64,000 bases of DNA. Source: Macrostomum lignano. Its lineage: Eukaryota. The stretch's first letter is position 1. Each line of letters starts with the position of its first letter. The notes under the pieces were generated by a model, which was not told the DNA's origin, did no database searches, and was given only the letters and a program-made list of their open reading frames with translations. This document shows, piece after piece, positions 1-12,100 of this stretch. Made by a program: the position numbers and the translations under genes. The stretch spans positions 124,001 through 188,000 of the forward strand of contig NIVC01001632.1 in the NCBI GenBank assembly GCA_002269645.1. Direction: 5' to 3'.

Positions 1-180
1 ACCATGCACCTTTTTGCTTTTCATCTCGTAGGTATACGAGCTACTTTTTTACGTGAAGCTTTGCTAGCAACTCAGGTGCTTGCATAGATTTGTGCACAGT
101 TTGCGTCAAAATTCAGAAATTTAACGGAAGGAAGCTTTTCCGTCTCGTAAATTTTATTAGAAAAGGCACAGATTGCAGTT

Positions 181-3100
181 TCACAGCACATTCCACTGCA
201 TTATGCAGGCTTCTGAGCCGCCCACAGCCACGAGACGAGTGCCTTCTGATAGGAATTTCAAGCTGGAAATTTTGCACGGACCGTGGAACACTCGAAATTG
301 AGCCTGCGGAAAGCGAAAACGTTTGTAGCGATGACACGCATGCTTGCATCAATCCTTGCAGCTATGATCTGCCAAGCAGCATCCAACATCAACCGGACAC
401 CAACCAAATCTACCCAACAGCATCAACCATCAACCGGACACCAACCAACTCTACCCAACAGCATCCAACATCAACCGGACACCAACCAACTCTACCCAAC
501 AGCATCCAACATCAACCGGACACCAACCAACTCTACCCAACAGCATCCAACATCAACCGGACACCAACCAAATCTACCCAACAGCATCAACCATCAACCG
601 GACACCAACCAACTCTACCCAACAGCATCCAACATCAACCGGACACCAATCAAATCTATCCAACAGCATCCAACATCAACCGGACACCAACCAACTCTAC
701 CCAACAGCATCCAACATCAACCGGACACCAACCAACTCTACCCAACAGCATCCAACATCAACCGGACACCAATCAAATCTATCCAACAGCATCCAACATC
801 AACTGGACACCAACCAACTCTACCCAACACCATCCAACATCAACCGGACACCAACCAATTCTACCCAACAGCATCCAACATCAACTGCACACCAACTAAC
901 TCTACCCAACAGCATCCAACATCAACCGGACACCAACCAACTCTACCCAACAGCATCCAACATCAACCGGACACCAACCAACTCTACCCAACAGCATCCA
1001 ACATCAACCGGACACCAACCAACTCTACCCAACAGCATCCAACATCAACCGGACACCAACCAACTCTACCCAACACCATCCAACATCAACCGGACACCAA
1101 CCAACTCTACCCAACAGCATCCAACATCAACCGGACACCAACCAACTCTACCCAACACCATCCAACATCAACCGGACACCAATCAAATCTATCCAACAGC
1201 ATCCAACATCAACTGGACACCAATCAAATCTATCCAACAGCATCCAACATCAACTGGACACCAACCAACTCTACCCAACACCATCCAACATCAACCGGAC
1301 ACCAACCAATTCTACCCAACAGCATCCAACATCAACTGCACACCAACCAACTCTACCCAACAGCATCCAACATCAACCGGACACCAACCAACTCTACCCA
1401 ACAGCATCCAACATCAACTGGACACCAACCAACTCTACCCAACAGCATCCAACATCAACCGGACACCAACCAACTCTACCCAACAGCATCCAACATCAAC
1501 CGGACACCAACCAACTCTACCCAACAGCATCCAACATCAACCGGACACCAACCATCTCTACCCAACAGCATCCAACATCAACCGGACACCAATCAAATCT
1601 ATCCAACAGCATCCAACATCAACTGGACACCAACCAACTCTACCCAACACCATCCAACATCAACCGGACACCAACCAATTCTACCCAACAGCATCCAACA
1701 TCAACTGGACACCAACCAACTCTACCCAACAGCATCCAACATCAACCGGACACCAACCAACTCTACCCAACAGCATCCAACATCAACCGGACACCAACCA
1801 ACTCTACCCAACACCATCCAACATCAACCGGACACCAACCAACTCTACCCAACACCATCCAACATCAACCGGACACCAATCAAATCTATCCAACAGCATC
1901 CAACATCAACTGGACACCAATCAAATCTATCCAACAGCATCCAACATCAACTGGACACCAACCAACTCTACCCAACACCATCCAACATCAACCGGACACC
2001 AACCAATTCTACCCAACAGCATCCAACATCAACTGCACACCAACCAACTCTACCCAACAGCATCCAACATCAACCGGACACCAACCAACTCTACCCAACA
2101 GCATCCAACATCAACCGGACACCAACCATCTCTACCTAACAGCATCCAACATCAACCGGACACCAATCAAATCTATCCAACAGCATCCAACATCAACTGG
2201 ACACCAACCAACTCTACCCAACACCATCCAACATCAACCGGACACCAACCAATTCTACCCAACAGCATCCAACATCAACTGCACACCAACCAACTCTACC
2301 CAACAGCATCCAACATCAACCGGACACCAACCAACTCTACCCAACAGCATCCAACATCAACCGGACACCAACCAACTCTACCCAACAGCATCCAACATCA
2401 ACCGGACACCAACCAACTCTACCCAACAGCATCCAACATCAACTGCACAACAACCAACTCTACTCAACAGCATCCAACATCAACTGCACACCAACTAACT
2501 CTACCCAACAACATCAACCATCAACCGGACACCAACCAACTCTACCCAACAGCATCCAACATCAACCGGACACCAACCAACTCTACCCAACAACATCAAC
2601 CATCAACCGGACACCAACCAACTCTACCCAACAGCATCCAACATCAACTGCACACCAACCAACTCTACCCAACAACATCAACCATCAACCGGACACCAAC
2701 CAACTCTACCCAACAGCATCCAACATCAACTGCACACCAACCAATTCTACCCAACAGCATCCAACATCAACTGCACACCAACCAACTCTACCCAACAGCA
2801 TCCAACATCAACTGCACACCAACCATCTCTACCCAACAGCATCCAACATCAACTGCACACCAACCAATTCTACCCAACAGCATCCAACATCAACTGCACA
2901 CCAACCAATTCTACCCAACAGCATCCAACATCAACTGCACACCAACCAATTCTACCCAACAGCATCCAACATCAACCGGACACCAACCAACTCTACCCAA
3001 CAGCATCCAACATTAATGGCCGTAGATGCCGCTTACTTTCGAACTGATGCAGGGCATCCTGTACAGCAGCACTTGGCCCGTGTCCAATCCCACCGCCAGC

Positions 3101-6100
3101 AGGTTCCGTGACGGACAGGCGTCCATTGCTGTGATGTTTCTCTTGGCGGCCACCTCTGAGTTCCACACACCTATACGGAGAATTGAATATTACTGAAATA
3201 TATCCATTTGAACGAGTCCGATCAAGCACCAATTATCGCACAGATTATAAAGTGCTCGATCTCTTACCAACAGAATAGTAGCAACATAGGCAGCTATGGG
3301 TACTCCAGGTCACATTGCGAAATCGCTCCTCCCCAGTGGTCAGGTGAAAGTTTGTTGCGTCGCCTGTCAAAGTCAATAATTTTCATATTACTTAAGTCGG
3401 GGCAGACAATTTGACTCAACTTCCATTAGCTGCAACCCATCTCAATAGTCTTAGTCTTAGTCCCAACAGAACTTTGGAAACGAGAACAGTTTTCGTTTAG
3501 AAACTTGGCTTCGAAAATTTTTCATGCAGAAAAGTTTTTATTTGTTAAACATCCCTCGCTTCCGAAGTTATTTATGGGTCATTGTTTGTAAGAAGTTGTA
3601 CAGAACCGTTGGGTTAGCGCTCCGACCCAGCGTCGAATGTACATCGAATTTTCGTAGTTTACAAAAAAATGGCTCGTAATAATAATTATTATTGATTACA
3701 CCTGCCCTCATGGCCAGATGTGCAACTGAAAGCTCAGCCGCAGCTATTGCGCGGCGCATCTGAAGGTTGCGTACGGCTGTTCAGTCCAAGGACTGGGGAG
3801 GGGGTCGCCACACAGCCTCAATTACCCCAGCTAATGCTGGCACGCCCATTTTACAGCTGGGTGAACTGAAGCAATGCAGAGTTCAGTGCCTTGCTCAAGG
3901 ACACAAATTGTTCCTAGTGGGTCAAGAATCGAACCCCCGACCTTGGGGTTCGATCCCCGCTCTGACTACTAGGCTGCAAGCCAACAGCATTCGTCACTCT
4001 TCAACAGTTTACAAAGCTTTTAAAGCTCACAGAAAGCCAGCTCGGCGATACGGTTGCTGGCACGCAGCAGCAGGGAGCCCTCGAATCGGTCGCTGGCAAA
4101 GTCGATGGCCTCGACGGTCCGACGGAGGACGCAAATCTCACCAACGACGAGCCAGGAGCTGCTGCGAAGCTCGGCAGCCGATGACTCTGGAGCATCGGAC
4201 CTGTCCTGCTCCGTAGAAGTTGACCGCGTCAGAGAAGCTGACAGCTGAGGCTGATGCCTGCGCTGCTCGATAAAGTAGATCCTGCCGCGGGCGTCTCCAA
4301 CGGCAACCATCTCGCCGGCTGGAGTGGGAAAAGCAAACTTTTCATCCACTCAGTTTATGCACTCTTCAACAAGCAAGTGCGTTTTTCGATTGATCTACTT
4401 CGTCTGGTCAATTAATGTGACTTAAGAAATTGTCAAAAGCTGTAGGGTAGTCAGGATTCACTTCTGTGGGTTATTAAATAATAATAATTTATTACACCTG
4501 TCCCAATGGGCCAGATGTGCAACCGACAGCTCAGCCGCAGCTATTGCATCTGAAGGGCTGCGTACGGCTGTTCAGTCCAAGGACTGGGGGGTAGCCACTC
4601 ACACAGCCTCAATTACCCCAGACAATGCTGGCACCCACTTTACAGCTGGGTGAACTGAAGCAATGCAGAGTTAAGTGTCTTGCTCAAGGACACAAATTGT
4701 TCTTAGTGGGATCGAGAATCGAACCCCCCGACCTTCAAATCGTGAGTCCGTCGCTCTAATCGCTAGGCTACAACCCCTGTTGGTTAGTATAACATTATTA
4801 TAGAATTTTGCAGTTGTCAATGTCAAAATTTGAAGTTTGTATAAAATTTTAGGAGGCAGTTTTCACCAAATACGCTCGAAATACGTTTTTGTAGAATGGA
4901 GATTTTCATTTTTGCAGCAAAAAATTGTAATTACTTTTGATAGGAGTCAGATCCAATGTTCAAATTTTAAAACTAATAATAAATGATAATTTTATAGTCT
5001 TCACACTCATCAGTAGTGAGCCTTCATACGAGGGTAACGTAGAATAAAATGTTTTAATTGGGCTATTATAGACCATATTTATGACAAAAAACTTAGCCTA
5101 GTCAGTGTTGTCTCATTTGGCTGAATGCTTGAACTATTGCAGTTAAAAATTAATTTAGTAACATAATCAATAAGCTAATAATGAATAAAAAGATTCATAA
5201 TACGAATGAATTAAATTGTGTCATTTTTATTATTTTTAGTCACAAAATATGTACGTTGGACAAAAAAGTTAAACCTACCCGTACAATCCTAATTTTATAA
5301 GCAGAAAGCTTTACAAATATGAACATTGGGTCTGCCTCCTCTTCAGCCGATAAGCTGCTTACAAAGCTTCAAACAAAGGAAACATCAACGCCAAGTTGAA
5401 ACTCACAGGGAGCGGTTGCGATTGCAGTGATTTTGTGTCTGGCCGTCCTCCGTTTGAAAACCTGGCACAGAACGGAGCCGGACCGCTGCAGAATGATCAG
5501 CTGACCAGTTCTAGTTCCCAGGATCAGCGTTCCGCTGCTGTGCCACAGAACGCTAGAGATGCACTTTTTCTGAAGATAAGATCGTGTAATAGTGCTGAGG
5601 CCGGCCACACAAACAGAAAATACAGTAGGTTTTGGTGGGTTCCATTTTAGGATGAATTGAAGGAAGGAAGGAAGGAAGGAAGGAAGGAAGGAAGGAAGGA
5701 AGGAAGGAAGGAAGGAAGGAAGGAAGGAATGAAGGAAGGAAGGAAGGAAGGAAGGAAGGAAGGAAGGAAGGAAGGAAGGAAGGAAGGAAGGAAGGAAGGA
5801 AGGAAGGAAGGAAGGAAGGAAGGAAGGAAGGAAGGAAGGAAGGAAGGAAGGAAGGAAGGAAGGAGGAAGGAAGGAGGAGGAAGGAAGGGAAGGAAGGAAG
5901 GAAGGAAGGAAGGAAGGAAGGAAGGGAGGAAGGAAGGAAGGAAGGAAGGAAGGAAGGAAGGAAGGAAGGAAGGAAGGAAGGAAGGAAGGAAGGAAGGAAG
6001 GAAGGAAGGAAGGAAGGAAGGAAGGAAGGAGGAAGGAAGGAGGAAGGAAGGAAGGAAGGAAGGAAGGAAGGAAGGAAGGAAGGAAGGAAGGAAGGAAGGA

Positions 6101-9100
6101 AGGAAGGAAGGAAGGAAGGAAGGAAGGAAGGAAGGAAGGAAGGAAGGAAGGAAGGAAGGAAGGAAGGAAGGAAGGAAGGAAGGAAGGAAGGAAGGAAGGA
6201 AGGAAGGAAGGAAGGAAGGAAGGAAGGAAGGAAGGAAGGAAGGAAGGAAGGAAGGAAGGAAGGAAGGAAGGAAGGAAGGAAGGAAGAAAGGAAGGGAGGA
6301 AGGAAGGAAGGAAGGTAGGAAGGAAGGAAGGGAGGAAGGAAGGAAGGGAGGAAGGAAGGAAGGAAGGAAGGAAGGAAGGAAGGAAGGAAGGAAGGAAGGA
6401 AGGAAGGAAGGAAGGAAGGAAGTCCCAGTAAGTCTTGGACACTGATTACAATCAATAATAAAGAAGTTAAAGCTGCTCAGCACTTACCGGTAGAACGGCA
6501 GTGTGCAGACACCGGTGGGACTCGGCATTGTACATTCGCACCTGGCTGTCGTAGCCGGCCGTGACGAAGACAGACGGGTGGCTGGTCAGGCCGCCGAGGC
6601 TGCGCAGCCGATCGTAGTGCCCGGCAGTCAGTGGATCTGGAAGCAGCTGCGCCTCCGCCAGAGGGTTCTCCGGAGTATGCTCTGAGTCGTCTCCAGAAGT
6701 TACTTCGGTTTCACGTGCTCCTGGCGCTGGGAGACGGCACAGAAAGATGGCATTGGTTGTGGTGCCAAGCGCCAGCAGAATGCCGCCAATGTCCTGGTCC
6801 TGCTGACTTGCGTTATCGGCAGCGTCTTTTTCTGCGCCACCAGCAGTCTTGCAGGCGCAGACGCAACGAATTCCGGCGTTGCCTGCAGCTTCCTCTGGCA
6901 GGGCCAGACTGCTCACGGCTGACGATTCATTTTGTTTTTTTAACGAAGTTGACGAGCCAGTTTCTTGGCGATTTTCATCAGGACTCATTGTTGGTGGCAT
7001 GTCGGATGCGCGCCAGACTAACAGGCGCCCATCGCGACCGCCGCTGAGAATCCAGTTCTGGTCATTGAATAGGAGCTCCAGTAAGGTGAACACGGGACCC
7101 TGTTCAGATAGGCAGGTAATAGTAGCTGTAGATTGTATTTTCCGTCTTTGAGCCTGTCCAAGTCCTAGGAAAATTCCCTTATAGTCCACAGTATTGAGGG
7201 CCAAACACAAAGGCCGAGTGCGTATGACGAGTACACTGCCCGATTATGAGATAGTCTGGGCCGATGTACATCCTGTGGGAGCGTGTGCCTTCGTTCGTAT
7301 CCGGGTCAACGGATTGTAGAGTGTTCTACCTCCCGTAAAAAAGGTAAAAGAAGTTAATCATAGGATGCTACTGTAAGTAGGTAAGTGCACGCATGCGCAA
7401 CTGAAACTTAACAATTAACCATGTTACTGTATAATACGCAATAAGTTATGTTACCCTTTTAGCGCAACACATGAGTTGTAATGCTATTTTGGACTGCAAA
7501 TTCGCCTATAAATACAAGCGGTCCGAAGCGGACCAGGAGCCAACTCCCGACGAGAGGAGAAGCTCCGAAGAGGAAGCCTTAGGAGGACTTCCTGATCACC
7601 AAGTCAATCGAGACTCGGTCGAGTTGTTGCGGTAAGCCTTCCTTATTTGCGCCCGTTGTGTTAGAGACGTCTCGCTCAAGTCTAGTGTTACTTGAGTTTA
7701 GTTGAGTCTGTTGAGACTCTTGAGTCTGTTTAGACTCTACTGGTTGCAGTCTCCAGAAGGACTGCCACTGATAGATCTTAGAAGACTATCAGTGGTTTCC
7801 GGAGCTATACCTAGAGTGCATAGAGGCACTGCTAGAAGAAGGAGGCTTAACTCGAACCGCTGTTCGGCGCAGGGTACCCATTGTTGATACGAGGCCTCTG
7901 ATTGGTCCTGACTGCAGATACCGGCCGGAAGGAACTTCATCGAAAGTCCAAGAAGAACCAGGACCAGAACCAAAGAAGAGACAAGGCGCCTGATCTACGG
8001 ATCATCTGAGACCAGAACTACTGGTGACTAGACCTACAGCGAGATCTAAAAAGAGTACTCAACGGAGGATACAACTAAAGGTAAGTGATACCTTTATCTG
8101 ATAACTGGGTTGCCTAGCAAGTAGCTAGAAGTGATTGTTCCTTGATTACAGTTGAGGACTGGTAATAAGGAACACATCAGGATTGAGCACTGCTCGAATT
8201 CCCTACTTCGAGCTTCTTATGAGTTCCTTACTCCTCGGACCACCGGTCACTCAGTAGAAGTTTCTTCGGCTGCTCAACAATTGTGAACATTGCTTTTATT
8301 GTAAAAAGGCTCATGTCTTCTGTCTAATATAGAAGCATATAAACTCCTAAAATATAAATACAAAACCGAAAATTAAATGCTTCACACCTGATGCAGCTGG
8401 CTTCCCAGTCGTATTATTCGACAGCCGCTACTCTCGTTCTCCGGATCGGCGTCATCCCACACGGCAACTCCTCCGCTTGAGTCGCCAGTGACCAGCAGGC
8501 CATCGGTGCAGTAGACCGCGCTAACCACGTACCTCGCCGACAGGGCAGTCACGTCACCCTCTCGGACCAGCTGCAGCTGTTTCTTACCATCGCCATCGCG
8601 ATCCCAATGACGCCACCAGGCGATGTGGCCGCGCCCGACCGTCACGAACGCGCCGTCGACGCCGGGGCTCACAGTGACGTCGCAGACAACAGCTGCAGAC
8701 GGTCGAACCATGGCGAGAATCGATCGGGACTCGAGGCTCCAGAGCTTCAGCTGCGGTTGAGGCGAGCTGTCGTCCACGGATATCAGGCGCTGTTGCGATG
8801 GTGGAATGAATGCGGAATTACATAATGTTGATGGTGGATGGTTCGAGGCCGACCAAATAAACTAAAGAATAAAGTAGATCTAACTGCGTGAAATTTTGGT
8901 CTGACTCTCAACCAGAAGAATCCTGCATGTATATAACAAGGACGACTTAAGTAGAAGGACGGGAAACCTCGTTTCTTAGAAAATTTTTGAAGGCACTTTT
9001 TCCCGAAAAAATACACTGCGGAGATAGGAAATTTTCATTTTTTCAGCACAAAAATTGCTATAACTTTTGATAGGAGGCAGATCCAGTGTTGATCTTTTGA

Positions 9101-12100
9101 TATGTTGTGCCTTTTTTATTGCTCTATCGATATTTATAAAGCTTTCCGTTCAGAAAATTAGGATTCTATGTTAATTTTTTATTCTACGTATATTTCCTGC
9201 ATCTAAAAATCACAAAAAGGCATGACACAGCTCCAATATTTGGTTTTATGAATCTATTTTATCATCTATGTTACGACTATTTGCTATACAGTCAGGTAAG
9301 AAGGATAAAATAGACTCATAAAATCAAAGAGCCAAGCCGTGGCATTCTAATGTATTTCAAGCACAAGACACATGAAAATATACGTAGAATAAAAAATTAA
9401 CATAGAATCCTAATTTTCTGAACGGAAAGCTTTATAAATATCGATAGAGCAATAAAAAAGGCACAACATATCAAAAGATCAACACTGGATCTGCCTCCTA
9501 TCAAAAGTTATAGCAATTTTTGTGCTGAAAAAATGAAAATTTCCTATCTCCGCCGTGTATTTTTTCGGAAAAAAGTGCCTTCAAAAAAATTCTAAGAAAC
9601 GAGGTTTCCCGTCCTTCTACTTAAGTCGTCCTTGGTATATAATTCATTGCATATTCACACCGCTCTGGTTTGAATTGAAGATAAAACATAAAACAGTCTC
9701 CCTGTCACTGCGTTCTCGATCCTGCAGCGATATCCCGCTTAAAAAATTCAAGCCGATTCCTGGTTAAATTCCAAGTTAAACTGTGAATATTCAAGGTTTA
9801 TCTAGGAATGAGAGTTAAGATCGCTTCCAAGTTAAACTGACGTTTGAATTCATTGCACTTTAACAAAGTACGGATTAAAAAAGTTGAAAAAATGACTGTT
9901 AAACTTAGCTAACTGTAAATAAATTTCAAAGTTTAAAGTTAAAATATTAGGCTGAACTTCTGTACACACATAAATGAAACGCAGCATGAGAAGTAATAGA
10001 TTTGAATGTTATCGCTCGCTGCTCAGACATACGCTGTTCGGCATCAGTGTTCACTTGTGTCGCCAAAGTTTAATGCACACGCTTCAGCTGATGGCCATAG
10101 ACAAACTGCCGATAGGTTAATAATGTTTCAACTGATGGCCATAGACAAACTGCCGATAGGTTAATAATGTTTCAGCTGATGGCCATAGACAAACTGCCGA
10201 TAGGTTAATAATGTTTCAACTGATGCCCATAGACAAACTGCCGATAGGTTAATAATGTTTCAACTGATGCCCATAGACAAACTGCCGATAGGTTAATAAT
10301 GTTTCAGCTGATGGCCACAGACAAACTGCCGATAGGTTAATAATGTTTCAACTGATGCCCATAGACAAACTGCCGATAGGTTAGGAATTTTTCATCCGTA
10401 GACTTGCCGAAATTGAAGTCACTTCTGCTAAAGCCGAGATCAAAATGGCATACTAAGCTAAGACAGACGATCCGCTATAGACTATATACGAACACACTCG
10501 GTTTTTGCTCACATACAGGACTGTACGCTGGTTTTTGTTAAATTAGTCAACACATTGATAGTAAAAATGTTAATAAATGAAGGATCCTGTTACGCGTGTA
10601 TTTTAGAGTACTTAGTTGACAAATTCCAGATGGTATTAGAATTTTATATCATCATATTACATAGCGCTTTTTAGGCCTTTTGAAAATCGTTGGAAAGCTA
10701 GTAAAGTCTGGTCCGTTGCGTCATTCATTGTCTTGTAGATCTTCAGTTGGCGATGGCGTGGGCGACCTTCTTGATGTTCCTGATGACGCGGACCACCTTC
10801 CTGATGCGGATGCCCTTCTTGGCCAGCTGCTGGAAGCCCTCCTCCGTCAGGCCGGACTCTCCCAGGTTGGCCAGGGCCTCCAGGGCCGAGGCGGTCTCGG
10901 CCTCCTCCTGCTGGCTGGGAGCGGCGGCGGCCAGAGCCACGCAGAGCAGAAGTCCGAGAGCGAGCTGCCACTTCATGCTTGACTCTGAGTCTGTTGCTAT
11001 GCGAGCTGATGAAGCTGAGAGTATGCGATTAAGCTGGCTCGGTTGTCTCATGGAACGGTCGGGAGATCGGCATTTATGCACAAAACAGCGGCACGTTTTT
11101 CCGGTACAAGGAGCGGCACGCGTCAGAGTTTGAGCTGGGGACTCAAGTGAGTCCATGTACTGCTACAGTACTTCTTTTCTTATGCAAGTTCGACCAAAGG
11201 GCAAACAATCCTTTTCTGTGAGTAGATGGTTTACTTATGATTCATTTTTCGGCAGCCTCAATGTAACAATAACTTGAACAAAGTTTCTCATGCTCCCACT
11301 CAGTTACTCAGGATTTCAAGAGAAATCATGTCAGTAGCTTTCCATTGGCAAGCCATTATGATTGTTTGTGTTTGCCCAGCTTGTGTGCTCAGAGTACAAC
11401 AGCTCACAAAGTAGCAAGAGACATTGCTAATTAAACATCTCTCGCGTAGAGTTTACGAGCCGCAAGTCAATCTTGTCCTGAAAGGAATTTTTACCATAAT
11501 TTATGCCTTTTAGGAGGTAAAGCTTACATCGGGGTCCAGAAAGACCAGACACACGATTGACGAAGCTGCAGAAGAGGCTTCGCTGTCACATAGTTCGGCA
11601 ACCGTCACCAGGGTGGCGGTGCTCCAAACGCGTACGCCGCCGCCACAGCCGCCACTGGCAATGGTGTTGCCGTCCGGGTGCAGACAGAGGCTGCAGAAAA
11701 CAAAGAAACACACGATGAGAAAATGGTACATTTGACCTCAATAACAGTTGCACCATGACGCAACGCTTTCGGCGACATGGTCACGCAACCAGCCCTGGGT
11801 CAATTCTGTAAATTTCGCTGACTCCTGAGCAGATTTAATACTGTACGCAGGCCCCGACTTTCTAATCTTTAGGCATGTACACTCTCTGAGCGGACTAGTA
11901 GAGGTCTAAATATGGAGTTTACGAATAAAAAAGGCATGAATTTTATCGTCCTCAATCCACTGTGACGCATAACATCCCCGTTTCATTCGACAACAGGGGT
12001 CGGCAAACTCCGGCCTGCTGGTCACATGCGGCCCGCGAAGCCTCTTCATCTGGCCCTCGGGTCTTGTGAAACTTCACAATGGCAATCCGGCCCACTCAAG

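Noticed and set aside
90-2139. 269-aa and 618-aa Q/P/T/N-rich ORFs
   Set aside because: Frame-cycling translations of a 41-bp non-triplet minisatellite, antisense in an EML intron.
5369-6483. PSFL / EGRK repeat ORFs
   Set aside because: Translations of (GGAA)n; only the 5407-5569 exon is real.
10085-10383. CRISPR array or hammerhead ribozyme in the 44-bp repeat (CTGATG present)
   Set aside because: No unique spacers, eukaryotic context, and the CUGAUGA...GAAA core is incomplete.
10977-11156. Upstream extension of the peptide ORF (137 aa from 11156)
   Set aside because: The extension lacks coding-like composition and would bury the signal peptide; the ATG at 10976 gives a canonical precursor.
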